DNA of 33,380 nucleotides, taken from the NCBI GenBank assembly GCA_964523195.1, contig CAZFYV010000001.1, positions 1 through 33,380 of the forward strand. The letters run 5' to 3'. The notes beneath the pieces are model-generated. The model did no database searches and had not been told where the DNA came from. It worked only from the letters and a program-made list of their open reading frames with translations. The translations under genes and the position numbers were made by a program. Of this stretch, positions 1 to 9,679 are shown in pieces. The stretch comes from an uncultured Pseudobdellovibrionaceae bacterium (GTDB lineage Bacteria > Bdellovibrionota > Bdellovibrionia > Bdellovibrionales > JAGQZY01). Every line of letters begins with the position of its first letter. The stretch's first letter is position 1.

Positions 1-836
1 ATTAGATATAGTTGATGGAACCCTCGTCCTCCAAATTTTACATAGACATAGTCTATGAAAGTAACTTGTTGAAGGCTATATACCAGCAATAGGATTGCCA
101 TGGCTGCATATTCAGGTTTCTTTTTTGCTGAGAACCAAAATAGGAAGAACATCATTGAAAATATAAATTCGAGAGTAAATAAAAGCCAAGGTGTTACATT
201 GTACTCAAAATATTTTTTGTTTTTCCAGTTAACTGTGTTTTTTAGATCCATAAAACCAGTCGGTCGAGAAAGCATAAAGCGATCTGGATATACAAATCCA
301 GATGTGTGACTCATGCGTAGAGCGATAAACATCGTTTCTTCAGATAAAATTTTTGAGCTTATCGGCATTAAAAAGTTGTCGCTGTGAATTTCGAATTTTG
401 ATGAAAAGAGTTTTTCACCATTAATCCATAAGTCGTAATCACCTGTGATTGTTCCAAGAGCCAAGTGGTTCGCATTGTGGTCAATCAGCTCTTTAATTTG
501 GTCGGGGCCGATTTGGGCATAGTACCAGATCACTTGGTTGCGACGGGAATTGGTGCGCTTCATATGGTCTTTGTCGGCACGAGTAAAAGTGGTCTCAGTA
601 AAAAACGGATGCTCTGGGTGAGCAGGGCAGGCTGCCGTAATTTCTTTTAGTGGATTGCAAACCTCATCGTAATTTTCCACATTAAGGTAGGCCACTTTCC
701 AGTCTTTTCGTTCCAGGGGGGCGTGGATTTTAAATTCACTATACTGACTGAACTGCATATAGGTGGCTGGAACAAAAATAAGAATCAGCGCTAAGAACAG
801 CAAACCAAATATAATCATTTTGGTCCGCGTGCTCAT
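1..836 (-). CDS. Membrane protein, N-terminal 278 codons only (gene runs off the window start). Possibly a 7TMR-DISM-type sensor: ectodomain followed by TM helices.
   Basis: Absent from the supplied ORF track because it is open-ended. I checked every minus-strand codon from ATG 836-834 down to position 3 and found no stop. Translation begins MSTRTKMIIFGLLFLALILIFV (TM/signal anchor). A soluble stretch of about 190 aa follows (..ALGTITGDYDLWINGEKLF..), then hydrophobic segments (WLLFTLEFIFSMMFFLFWF, AAMAILLLVYSL). The sensor-family assignment rests on architecture and motif resemblance only. Confidence 0.6.
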   Translation of the reverse strand, partial: MSTRTKMIIFGLLFLALILIFVPATYMQFSQYSEFKIHAPLERKDWKVAYLNVENYDEVCNPLKEITAACPAHPEHPFFTETTFTRADKDHMKRTNSRRNQVIWYYAQIGPDQIKELIDHNANHLALGTITGDYDLWINGEKLFSSKFEIHSDNFLMPISSKILSEETMFIALRMSHTSGFVYPDRFMLSRPTGFMDLKNTVNWKNKKYFEYNVTPWLLFTLEFIFSMMFFLFWFSAKKKPEYAAMAILLLVYSLQQVTFIDYVYVKFGGRGFHQLYL

Positions 837-1038
837 AGGGTCGCCCAGGAGTCGAGACTCCTCAGGGGGTCTTGCTATTTGAGTTGCGATATTCTCAAGC
901 CACTTCTTCACAGTGTCTGATCGGCAAATTCATGAAGTATTCAGAGGCTTTGGCGCTGAATCAAGACCAAAGATCATGGACCTATAGCGGTAAAACTTAA
1001 CATAATGCTTTAAGTAGGCTTAAAGTTGCGATTTAACT

Positions 1039-2268
1039 CTATTCTTGGCTGGGTACGAGCTGGAAGTCCTTCTCTAAGAAGATGTTCTGCAAGCTTCCGC
1101 CCACTTCTTTTTGTTGTTTCTGATTCATCCAGGCATTGGCAAGCCACACTACAAAAATCTTTTGCTTTGGATCTAACAGCATAAAACTTCTGAATCCTGG
1201 TGATCGGCCATTGTGCCAAAGAAGTGCGCGATTATCATAACCGGTATCGACAACGAAGCCTGTGCTGTATCCGCCTTCGGTGAATTTCTCGATGGATTCG
1301 ATCAGGTTTGGTTTCTTGTGTACGATTTGGTGAAATAAGTTTACCAAGTCGTTGGCGCTAAAAATCAAATCTCCTGCCCCATAGGACGAATCATTTCCCA
1401 AGCCCAATACAGAAACTGGTAATCCTATGGCCAGGCGATAGATTAAAAAGTGGGTATAGCCACTAACTCGCTTTTCAATAAGTTGATCGTGTGAAAGTTC
1501 ATTCAGGTGAAAATCCAAGTCTTCTGATTCGAAAATAGTTTTTATTGCTTTAAAGAAATTCTTTTTTGTATGGAGTTCGAGAATTCTCGAAAGAATTAAG
1601 TAGTTATAATTAGAGTAAATGAACTTTGACCGAGGACTCACATCAATACCCAGAGGGAACACGCCTTCCCATGTTTCAAGGGAATAAGGAAAGAGAGCGC
1701 CGCCGATATGTCTTAAGAATCGAATAGGTGATTTTGGTAGCGGTGGAATGCCACTTCTTTGTTTAAGTAATTCTATGATTCTCAATGCGTCGAAGCGAGG
1801 ACCACAGTACTGTTCAATAAACTTACAGACGGGAGTTTCTAAGTCTAAAAAGAGTTTGTCAGAGGAATCCTTTTGTCCCATTAAAAGAAAAGCCAGAGCT
1901 GTGATGGGTTTAGAGACAGATGCAACGGTGTAGTATTCGTTTTTCTCAGACGCATAGTTTTTATGGAATAGAGTCTCGGGTTTATCTTGATTTGCTAAAT
2001 TTACGATTTGGAGTTCGCCTGAAATTTTAAGTTCTTTATTGAGCGTTTCAAAAAGTTTGTTTGCGTTATCGAATTTTTCTTTTGTAGAGGTAACAGCTTT
2101 TTTACTTTCATAATTCCATGAAGGCCATATATCAGTGATTTCGTCGAAGACTATTACAAATGCCGTAAAATAACCAATATAAGCAAGTGTACGACTCACA
2201 CCCACAGGGGTTTTAGAGAGTTTCTTTCGTAAAATCTTTAGATTCTCTTTAACCTGGTTAATTGCCAT
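1039..2268 (-). CDS. Beta-lactamase-family serine hydrolase (class C / PBP4*-esterase type), membrane anchored
   Basis: 409-aa ORF. SxxK motif in YTVASVSKPITALAF, YxN motif (YSNYNY) and HNG in place of KTG. N-terminal TM helix LAYIGYFTAFVIVF. Its ATG directly abuts the stop of the upstream gene. Confidence 0.85.
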   Translation of the reverse strand: MAINQVKENLKILRKKLSKTPVGVSRTLAYIGYFTAFVIVFDEITDIWPSWNYESKKAVTSTKEKFDNANKLFETLNKELKISGELQIVNLANQDKPETLFHKNYASEKNEYYTVASVSKPITALAFLLMGQKDSSDKLFLDLETPVCKFIEQYCGPRFDALRIIELLKQRSGIPPLPKSPIRFLRHIGGALFPYSLETWEGVFPLGIDVSPRSKFIYSNYNYLILSRILELHTKKNFFKAIKTIFESEDLDFHLNELSHDQLIEKRVSGYTHFLIYRLAIGLPVSVLGLGNDSSYGAGDLIFSANDLVNLFHQIVHKKPNLIESIEKFTEGGYSTGFVVDTGYDNRALLWHNGRSPGFRSFMLLDPKQKIFVVWLANAWMNQKQQKEVGGSLQNIFLEKDFQLVPSQE

Positions 2269-3291
2269 CTATAGCTGCTCGTCATCAGTCATTGGAAGTT
2301 TATCGAGGTTTTTTAAAAAAGTTCCTTCAGGCAGATTAGAGTTCTTTAATTTCTGGCGTATAAGATCTTTCTTTTCTTTGTCTTGCTGAGCAAGTCTTAC
2401 TTCATATGAAGAAAGTAATTCCGCTGATGCTCTTTTGAACTCGGAGTCATATTTTTCGATCAAAGACTCGTGGAGTTGCCACATTAAAGGAAATTGATCT
2501 TTTATGGCTCGTCTAACCCAAAAGCCTGTAGCCGTTGCAACTAAATGAAGAGGGAATTTCTTTTTCAAAGCTGGCTCAATTTGTAGAAAGGCTTTTCGTT
2601 CAGATGTGAAGTAGTTGGGATGGAGAATCGTTTCGTAGAAAACCAGGCGCCCTTCTATGGGCTCTCCAAGTTTAATGATTCGATTGTAGAACTCGGTTTC
2701 AGACTTTAACCATTTGCCATTGGATTGTATTTTCAGTCCCACGATATATTGAGTTCTCAGAGTTTTTCTGAAGTATTTGTCGTACATTTTTTTGGAGTAT
2801 TTGAAAAAATCTGATTTGGTATCGATGGCCTTTACGAGGCCTATGGTTTTTTCTAAAAACTTAGGATTATAATACCCAAAGCTTTTGGCTTCATTAAAAC
2901 TGATTGAGTCATTGTGAGGACTATCTAAAAACACCGGCTCACCAATAACCGATTTTAGATTGATGAGATTTAGTTGTTTTGTATGGCACCAAAGAACCCT
3001 TAGGCCACCATGGGGGAATTGAGATCTCTTGAATTTATCTTTACAGTCTGTGCGAGGAGACTCGATACCTTGTAATTCTAAATTCACCTTTGCCGAAAAA
3101 TCCTTAAAGGTTTGCGAACCGACTTCGATCGCTTGTATTTTGACTTCGGGCATATTGATCTGCTCGGACTCGGCTTCATTTTTCTTTTCACACGCACTGA
3201 AAAAGAGTGCCGCGAAAACAAGGCAGCTAAGCATAGATTTTGAAACTAGACCAAGGCTATAGATTTCACCTTTGGCTTTTTGACGGCCCAA
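2269..3291 (-). CDS. Hypothetical lipoprotein
   Basis: 340-aa ORF. TTG start at 3291 is preceded by GGGAGGG plus a 4-nt spacer (minus strand). Signal peptide ends in the lipobox-like FFSAC. No recognisable catalytic motif. Stop TAG 2269-2271 abuts the ATG of the hydrolase gene. Confidence 0.7.
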   Translation of the reverse strand: MGRQKAKGEIYSLGLVSKSMLSCLVFAALFFSACEKKNEAESEQINMPEVKIQAIEVGSQTFKDFSAKVNLELQGIESPRTDCKDKFKRSQFPHGGLRVLWCHTKQLNLINLKSVIGEPVFLDSPHNDSISFNEAKSFGYYNPKFLEKTIGLVKAIDTKSDFFKYSKKMYDKYFRKTLRTQYIVGLKIQSNGKWLKSETEFYNRIIKLGEPIEGRLVFYETILHPNYFTSERKAFLQIEPALKKKFPLHLVATATGFWVRRAIKDQFPLMWQLHESLIEKYDSEFKRASAELLSSYEVRLAQQDKEKKDLIRQKLKNSNLPEGTFLKNLDKLPMTDDEQL

Positions 3292-3410
3292 TAAACCCTC
3301 CCAGATACCTCCAAAATCTTAATTCATTTGACAGGCCTAGACAAGTTGAGCTTCGCATCATTAAATAAGGGAGGGGATTATCCTTTTTAAGGGCGTGCAG
3401 GTAGTAGATA

Positions 3411-5456
3411 ATGGGTCAGCTTGAAGAGACACCAGTCCAAATAATTGATTCGGAGCTTACGCAAACTAAAGAAGCTCTGGTTCTTAAGAGCAAGGTCGAT
3501 TCTCGGAAAGTTGTTTTTCATCCCGATGAGGCACCATATCTGGTTTTGCTGAAATCTGGACAGACACTCAGGCATATTGTCCAAAGTCTGCGTCAGGACT
3601 TAAGGAATTTTCGTTTTCATGTTTTCTTTCGTGTCCTCGACCTTTTGAGTCTTCATGGCTTTATAAAAAACGATCAAGTCTTTAAAACTTTTCTCGATGA
3701 GGCTCGAACGCCATATATGTGGCCGGAGTCGGCCATGAAGGATGCTATTCTATCTGCCAGATTAATTAAACGGTTTTCCTTAGGTGGAGCTCTATGGCCG
3801 ATATCTATAGCTGTATCGTTATTGTTAATTGTTTATAGTTTTTTTTCGAGTTTCGAAGCTTTTTTTCAGAGTTCAATTGATTCTGGCTTTCTCATCGTTA
3901 ATGGCAATTATCTAAAAGGAATTCTTTTGATCTTAATGGTCAACTCCTTGATGCTGTCTCTAAAGGGCTTAGTTAGAAGTTTGTTGATGGCGCTTTCCAC
4001 GGGTTGGTTCCCAGAGTTAAAAATTAATGTGAGTTTCATCGGGATTTTTATCGACTGTCAATCGACAGACCCATTGTCAAAACCATTTCAACAAATCGCT
4101 TCTTTATTGGGTCTAATTTCTTCATTCCTTGTTTTGCTGCTAGTTCCTCAAGTAGTTAGTTTACTCGATCTTTATTTCGTGCCCATTGAGGCGTCTTTAC
4201 AAAAAGACATTGTCGCATTTTTTATGTTGGTGATCCTTGCTGAGATGTCCCCTTTTGTAAAAAGTGATTTTACCAAGGGTCTAATGATTCTCTACAATAT
4301 AAAATGGGAAAAGATAAACCAGTCATTTAGTCATTGGTGGGACCGCAGTCGAGATAAGGTAATATACGGTGTTCATTTTTTGGGTATAGTTTCTTGGTTG
4401 GCCTTACTAGGGATAGAGCTTATTCGCTATCTATCCTATGTTCCAAAGGATCAAATAGAAGTTTTTAAAAGTCTTAATTTGAGTGGGCCTCTTAGTTCTG
4501 TAGTTCTTTTGGTATTGTTAGTTATTTTCTTTGGTGGATTGTTGTACGAGATTATCAACAGTTTTACTTATAGTGGGCCGGTATCGGGCTTTCGAAGGTT
4601 CTGGCTGGTACGCCAAGCGCGTTTGGGTCAATTGGAGGAGTTTGAGTTAAAAACGGATAGCCCTTCAAAATTTTTGTCTGAGATTCCACCATTTAATCAG
4701 CTCGACTCAAAAATTTTAGATCAGATCGGCAAGGATGCCTCATTTAAGGAATACAATATAGGTTACGGTCTTTGTGAACAGGGGCAAGATTCAAGAGATA
4801 TGTTCGTAATCTTGAATGGTCGTGTTGGTGTGTATCGGCGCACGGGTATGGGTCGTAGGATTAAGGTTTTAGAATTAGGTGTAGGGGCTACATTAGGAGA
4901 AGTTGGCTTTTTTAAAGGTGGCCTGAGAACAGCCGATGTTTATGCTCTAGAAAACATTAGAGTGTTGAAAGTCAGATATAATCAGGAGTATCGCAATTGG
5001 TTTTTAGATGAAGCCAAGTTTCAATTTCTACAAGATCGTATGTGGCTTATGCAAACTCTAATGACTTCGAAACTTTTTAAGGACATACCGGTTGAGGCTT
5101 TAGATCTGTTTATTAAAGTCGGTGAATTTATTGATCGTCCTCCCCATCAAATCATTATTTCTGAAGGAGAAAACCCTGATGGCTTTTTTGTCATTGTTCA
5201 AGGGCATTGTCTTGTGACTCAAAAGGGAGATTATATTCGTGATCTCCATAGGGGAGATGTTTTTGGAGAAATCGGTCTGTTGTTGAATAGAACACGCACG
5301 GCCTCAGTAATGACTAAGGAGCCAACAAAGTTACTCAAGATCTCAAGAGAGGACTTTTGGAATATACTTTCTGAGAACGTGAATTTGGGTTTATTGCTTG
5401 AGAGAGTTGCCTTTTCCAGGATAGAGCAAGACCGCAGACGAATGCTTAATTCCTGA
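3411..5456 (+). CDS. Polytopic membrane protein with two C-terminal cyclic-nucleotide-binding (CAP_ED) domains
   Basis: 681-aa ORF. The N-terminal region of about 110 aa is soluble. Many hydrophobic helices lie between about aa 125-400. Two cNMP-binding signatures are present: LGEVGFFKGGLRTADVYA and FGEIGLLLNRTRTASVMT. No HExxH motif and no K+-channel selectivity filter seen. Confidence 0.8.
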   Translation: MGQLEETPVQIIDSELTQTKEALVLKSKVDSRKVVFHPDEAPYLVLLKSGQTLRHIVQSLRQDLRNFRFHVFFRVLDLLSLHGFIKNDQVFKTFLDEARTPYMWPESAMKDAILSARLIKRFSLGGALWPISIAVSLLLIVYSFFSSFEAFFQSSIDSGFLIVNGNYLKGILLILMVNSLMLSLKGLVRSLLMALSTGWFPELKINVSFIGIFIDCQSTDPLSKPFQQIASLLGLISSFLVLLLVPQVVSLLDLYFVPIEASLQKDIVAFFMLVILAEMSPFVKSDFTKGLMILYNIKWEKINQSFSHWWDRSRDKVIYGVHFLGIVSWLALLGIELIRYLSYVPKDQIEVFKSLNLSGPLSSVVLLVLLVIFFGGLLYEIINSFTYSGPVSGFRRFWLVRQARLGQLEEFELKTDSPSKFLSEIPPFNQLDSKILDQIGKDASFKEYNIGYGLCEQGQDSRDMFVILNGRVGVYRRTGMGRRIKVLELGVGATLGEVGFFKGGLRTADVYALENIRVLKVRYNQEYRNWFLDEAKFQFLQDRMWLMQTLMTSKLFKDIPVEALDLFIKVGEFIDRPPHQIIISEGENPDGFFVIVQGHCLVTQKGDYIRDLHRGDVFGEIGLLLNRTRTASVMTKEPTKLLKISREDFWNILSENVNLGLLLERVAFSRIEQDRRRMLNS

Positions 5457-5632
5457 CATTTGCTGCGATAGTGGGTAATATTTATACAGTTCTAAATCGT
5501 TAAATTTATTAGTTTCACGCCTTTACGCCATTTCTTTTCGTTTTAGAGTATTCACAAATATGTAAATTATGGCCTTCAATTTGCTCTTGTTAGCCTCGGA
5601 TTAGAAAAATTGAGACTACAGGAGTGTGGACC

Positions 5633-6769
5633 GTGAGAAGAATTCGTGTGTCTAAGTATATAGGTTTATTTTTAATTATTTTCGGAATGTCATTTTCGCA
5701 ATCGAGCTTAGCTGAACGGGATATCGAACCCGGTGATGGTTATATGGATGGAACTAAGCAAGTTAAACTTTGGCCAGCAGGCACAGAGTATGTTTGGGGA
5801 TATGTTACTGATTCGAGTAATCGTCCAGTTAGAAGTGGATGGGGCTTTTGTGTTAGAACTCGGTCCATGATTCACGTTTCTAAAATGAGAACAGAGTGTG
5901 ATGAGATTGCTGAGTTTGATCAACGCCAGAGAGACCCAGGTCTTTCATTTGAAAAAAGAATAATGAGAAAGACCGTTTTCTTCGACTTTAACAGGTCAAA
6001 TTTAAGAGCCCTAGGTCAAAGTAAAGTTTCACAAATGTACCAAAGACTATTAGCAGAAAGTGGGACTGCAGATAGGTTGGAAATCACGCGTTTGTCGATA
6101 CATGGCTATGCTGATCTGATGGGATCTGCTGAGTACAATCTAAAATTATCGGATAGAAGGTCGAGAGCGGTTTATGCAGCCATCAGTCGTCAGAACTCAC
6201 AGCTTGTGGATGACCTTCGTCGACAACGATTCCTTGATATCACATCTTTTGGTGAGTCTAGAGCTTCTAGTCTTTCAAGAGAGTGTATGCAAATTCAAGA
6301 TCGAAGTGCTCGAATTAGATGTCTACAGCCAGAGCGACGAGCAGAAATCGTGGTTGAGTATCAACTTGTCAATGAAGTTGACCGTGTTACAGGTAGTTAT
6401 ATGAACTTTAACGGTGCCGATTTAAAGATTTTCAAGAAATACTTTAATTGGGAAAATGATATCAACAATATTAGATTTAGCACAACGACTGAGGATATTA
6501 TGCCTACCGAAAGATTTAGAATTCGTAATGAAGGAAGCCGTTCTCTAGAGGGACTTAATTTTAGTTTTACGAATGGAGCTGATGTTATTTTGGTTGAATC
6601 ATCAACCTGTGGGACATCTATAGGTGTCGGTGGTGAGTGTTTTGTGAATCTTTCGGTGACGACATTATCTAGAGAAAAATTCGACACAATACTGCAAATT
6701 AAAAGCTATGATCAAGTTCTTAGAACGATTCCAGTGAAAGTTCAAATTCGATCTAAAAATAGTAGGTAG
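5633..6769 (+). CDS. Secreted OmpA-like (peptidoglycan-binding) domain protein with an extra C-terminal beta-sandwich-like domain
   Basis: The track ORF starts at GTG 5624, which overlaps the AGGAG at 5620-5624. GTG 5633 lies 8 nt after that SD and gives MRRIRVSKYIGLFLIIFGMSFSQSSLA (signal peptide). OmpA_C motif: IHGYADLMGSAEYNLKLSDRRSRAVYAAI. The C-terminal CGTSIGVGGECFVNLSV resembles choice-of-anchor-D/ASH-type domains. Confidence 0.8.
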   Translation: MRRIRVSKYIGLFLIIFGMSFSQSSLAERDIEPGDGYMDGTKQVKLWPAGTEYVWGYVTDSSNRPVRSGWGFCVRTRSMIHVSKMRTECDEIAEFDQRQRDPGLSFEKRIMRKTVFFDFNRSNLRALGQSKVSQMYQRLLAESGTADRLEITRLSIHGYADLMGSAEYNLKLSDRRSRAVYAAISRQNSQLVDDLRRQRFLDITSFGESRASSLSRECMQIQDRSARIRCLQPERRAEIVVEYQLVNEVDRVTGSYMNFNGADLKIFKKYFNWENDINNIRFSTTTEDIMPTERFRIRNEGSRSLEGLNFSFTNGADVILVESSTCGTSIGVGGECFVNLSVTTLSREKFDTILQIKSYDQVLRTIPVKVQIRSKNSR

Positions 6770-6790
6770 AGCTACGGCGGAATAAAGTTA

Positions 6791-6826
6791 AAAAAAGGTC
6801 GATCTCCATGAGTCCGACCTTTTTTT
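6791..6826. terminator. Bidirectional rho-independent terminator between convergent genes
   Basis: AAAAAAGGTCG (6791-6801), 13-nt loop, CGACC (6815-6819), then TTTTTTT (6820-6826). An A-run upstream and a T-run downstream allow function on both strands. Confidence 0.6.
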
Positions 6827-6845
6827 ATTAAGAAATTAAACTAAA

Positions 6846-8000
6846 CTATTTGTAATGCAGCTTTACCTTCGAAGCTGCATTTTTTGCTTTATTGACCGCC
6901 GCCTTAACTGATGAACCTCTAGCTAAAGCAACACCCATTCGGCGATAGGGTCTTGAGCTTTCTTTTCCAAAAATCCTTAAATCAGTTTTATCTTCAGACA
7001 AAGCGTCTTCCAGTCCAGAGTACTCAATACTCTCTGATTCACGGTCAGCTAGAATCACTGCAGATGCACTTGGTCCGAAGTATGTGATCTGAGGAATCGG
7101 TAAGCCTAGAATTGCTCTTAAATGTAAATCAAACTCTGACAGGCTTTGGGAAATCAAAGTAACCATTCCAGTGTCATGGGGGCGAGGTGAAAGTTCTGAA
7201 AAAATAACTTCCTCTTCAGTAATAAAAAACTCAACCCCAAAAAGTCCGGCACCACCAAGTCGGTCGGTAATTTTTTTTGCCATTTTCCGAGCCTGTTTGA
7301 TCTGGTGATCGGGAATTTTTGCTGGCAACCAACTCTCTTGGTAATCGCCGCGCTCTTGTCTGTGGGCTATAGGCCTTACAAAGCGAGTAGGGCCTTCTTT
7401 TTGTTTAATAGTGAGTAGAGTGATTTCTTGAGTGAAATTAATGAACTCTTCAATAATCACTTCTTGTTGATCACCGCGCATATTTTCACAGGCAAAATCC
7501 CAAGATTCAGTTAAGGCAGATTCTGATCTTGCAACGGACTGACCTTTTCCAGAGGAAGACATGATTGGTTTAATTACACATGGGAATCCAATTTCTTCTG
7601 CAGCTTCTTTTAACTCATCGAGGCTTGTTGCAAATCTGTAGTTAGCAGTTCTAAGTCCCAACTCGCGAGCCGCGAGATCGCGAATGGCTATTCGATTCAT
7701 TGTTAAGAACGTTGCTTCGGCTGTAGGAACAACATTAAAACCTTCATGTTCCAAATCTTGTAAAACTTCAGTTCGAATGGCCTCAATTTCAGGAACGATA
7801 TAATCTGGTTTGTACTGATAGGCGAGTTTTTTTAGCTTTTCGCCATCGAGCATATTTATAACCTCTGAGTCATCAGCAACCTGCATAGCTGGAGCATTTT
7901 CGTATCTGTCTACAGCTATGACATGGCAGCCCAGTCGTTTCGCAGAAATAGTAAATTCTTTTCCGAGCTCGCCAGCACCGAGTAACATAATAGTTTTCAT
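6846..8000 (-). CDS. purT: Formate-dependent phosphoribosylglycinamide formyltransferase (GAR transformylase 2)
   Basis: ATP-grasp protein beginning [16 protein letters not shown], with full-length resemblance to PurT. I prefer ATG 8000 (preceded by AAAGGGAA) over the track start at 8042, which adds 14 non-conserved residues. Confidence 0.9.
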   Translation of the reverse strand: MKTIMLLGAGELGKEFTISAKRLGCHVIAVDRYENAPAMQVADDSEVINMLDGEKLKKLAYQYKPDYIVPEIEAIRTEVLQDLEHEGFNVVPTAEATFLTMNRIAIRDLAARELGLRTANYRFATSLDELKEAAEEIGFPCVIKPIMSSSGKGQSVARSESALTESWDFACENMRGDQQEVIIEEFINFTQEITLLTIKQKEGPTRFVRPIAHRQERGDYQESWLPAKIPDHQIKQARKMAKKITDRLGGAGLFGVEFFITEEEVIFSELSPRPHDTGMVTLISQSLSEFDLHLRAILGLPIPQITYFGPSASAVILADRESESIEYSGLEDALSEDKTDLRIFGKESSRPYRRMGVALARGSSVKAAVNKAKNAASKVKLHYK

Positions 8001-8163
8001 GGATTCCCTTTCGCCAAAATGAAGAGCTATTGTCTCGATCAATTTTCAGATTGTCTATAGCCCGAGCGTCTTAATAGACGGGTGACAGTCTTAAGCATCT
8101 AGAATCCATTTGGCTCTATATCACAGGACCTTACCTGGCACTTGGTGTAGTTTGTCGGCTTGT

Positions 8164-9489
8164 CTAAAACGAGAACTCTTGAGAAAAGTTAACGCGATTA
8201 TATTCGTTGAGTGAAGTGATTCGCCCACCAAACATAAAGCCCGTGTTTTGAGTTTCAACAAATACAACATTGTGTCCATTGTACCAATGAACTCGTCTAG
8301 GGTTTTTCTTTCGACCTGCACGAGAGCGAGTAAAGCTGTGTAAAGAAGACGCCGTAATCTCAAGGCTTTCGTAGCCCAGAATTGAACTTTCAATACCCAT
8401 GAGTTCAGAAAAATGCGTGTCTCCAGAAACAAAAGCGATTGGAACTCCGGCCTGGGCGAACTGACTCATCAAATATTTGTAAGCAGCGGGATAGTCTCCC
8501 TCTAAGCTTTCTTTTTCGTTATAAGCGCCAAACCAAGGGGTTCCAGATATCATCCAAGATGGAAGTCTCGAAGAACTCAATCCATTGAATACGAAATTGT
8601 GTTGATCGGGACCATACATATAGGTGTCGATTTCTAAATTGTTGGGCTCTTTAAACGATCTGCTATCCCAAAAGAAAAAGTTTTGTCCATAGGCCTGAAA
8701 GAAGAAAGAAACTCCAGGGCCTCTAACCGCGTGGTTTGAAAACTCAGGAAGTTGGGCCGTGAAAGTTTCAAATACTCTTTGGGCTTCTCGTCGATATCTA
8801 TAAGTTGAGTCACCATTATTAATGCCGTAATCGTGATCGTCCCAAGTATACAGTGTTGGGAAGAGTTGGAGTGATCGGTAGTACATGATGTTTTCAAAAT
8901 ATCTGGCGTATTGATTCCAAAGTTGTTTAGAGTCAGCGGGTTTTACAATGTCGTCATCGCCACCCATCCAAATTCGATCGGCATACACACAGTCGCCAGT
9001 AATAAAGAAATAGTCAGGGGAGTTGCGGACGAGAGTTTCCCAGATTCCTGGATTTTGCCACTTTTCTTGAATGCAAGAGCCCATGGCTATGCGAGCAGTG
9101 CCTTGAGTGAGGTCTTTCAGTTGAAAAAAACGTCGGTCTGCAAGTCGGCCAGTATTATCTAAAATCTCAAACGTGTATCGCCCAGGGCCCGGTAAATTTT
9201 GGAACGCCAGCTTAACAACTGACCGATTGGAAAAACTGCGAGTCTCAAGGTGACTCCAAGTAGGGTTATAAAACTGTTCTGAACTGTCGTCTCTGAAAAC
9301 TCTAAACTGAAAAAGCTGTCCAGCAGGAACGAGAACACTGAATTGAGTAGACTGATGGTCGGTTAAACCTTGGACGACGGGAAAGCGTCCACTAAACATG
9401 GTTGATTGAGCATTGGAACTCCAAGGCGTCAGAGCTGCTGCTGAACCAAGAAGAAGCTGAATAAACTCGCGTCGCTTAAGTAATCCCAT
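8164..9489 (-). CDS. phoD: Tat-exported PhoD-family alkaline phosphatase/phosphodiesterase
   Basis: Twin-arginine signal MGLLKRREFIQLLLGSAAAL. Metallophosphatase motifs GDCVYAD, WDDHDYGINNG and VSGDTHFSE. Start moved to ATG 9489, which is preceded by GGTGGGGGGAA. The track start at 9519 would read through that SD. Confidence 0.85.
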   Translation of the reverse strand: MGLLKRREFIQLLLGSAAALTPWSSNAQSTMFSGRFPVVQGLTDHQSTQFSVLVPAGQLFQFRVFRDDSSEQFYNPTWSHLETRSFSNRSVVKLAFQNLPGPGRYTFEILDNTGRLADRRFFQLKDLTQGTARIAMGSCIQEKWQNPGIWETLVRNSPDYFFITGDCVYADRIWMGGDDDIVKPADSKQLWNQYARYFENIMYYRSLQLFPTLYTWDDHDYGINNGDSTYRYRREAQRVFETFTAQLPEFSNHAVRGPGVSFFFQAYGQNFFFWDSRSFKEPNNLEIDTYMYGPDQHNFVFNGLSSSRLPSWMISGTPWFGAYNEKESLEGDYPAAYKYLMSQFAQAGVPIAFVSGDTHFSELMGIESSILGYESLEITASSLHSFTRSRAGRKKNPRRVHWYNGHNVVFVETQNTGFMFGGRITSLNEYNRVNFSQEFSF

Positions 9490-9679
9490 AGGTTCCCCCC
9501 ACCTAAAAAACCACCACATCTACAATTGTTAGAACAAGTTCTAAACTAGATATAGTAGGTGGTCGAATTAGGGTTTTGACAAGATCAATATTTTTGACCA
9601 GGGCCTTAACTTGCGGAGCATCAATAGTGAGTTTTTGACACAGCTTTTCTTAGATTCTAAAATTTTTAATGGAGCAGTT

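Noticed and set aside
100-650. Plus-strand ORFs 100-309 and 465-650 from the track
   Set aside because: Both lie antisense inside a continuous minus-strand reading frame (1-836) with membrane-protein character. Their own translations are low-complexity with no SD. I treat them as spurious.
847-862. Inverted repeat AGGAGTC-GA-GACTCCT just upstream of the partial membrane-protein gene
   Set aside because: The arms are only 7 bp with a 2-nt centre and no flanking T-run. It could be an operator or a small hairpin, but this is too short to distinguish from chance by eye.
8001-8163. Possible purine or ZTP riboswitch in the 160-nt leader of purT
   Set aside because: I looked for the conserved purine-riboswitch junction (UAUA...UAUGG...CCGUAAA-type) and the ZTP/pfl motif (GGGUCGUGACUGG...CCGCCUGGGC) on the minus strand and found neither. 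Only a weak CGTCT/AGACG hairpin is present. An Infernal scan would be decisive.
8121-8432. 103-aa ORF overlapping the 3' end of the PhoD-like gene, plus similar short overlapping ORFs across the track (e.g. 1010-1219, 12409-12726, 17778-18065)
   Set aside because: They are out-of-frame or antisense overlaps with well-supported genes and carry no motifs. Likely non-coding.
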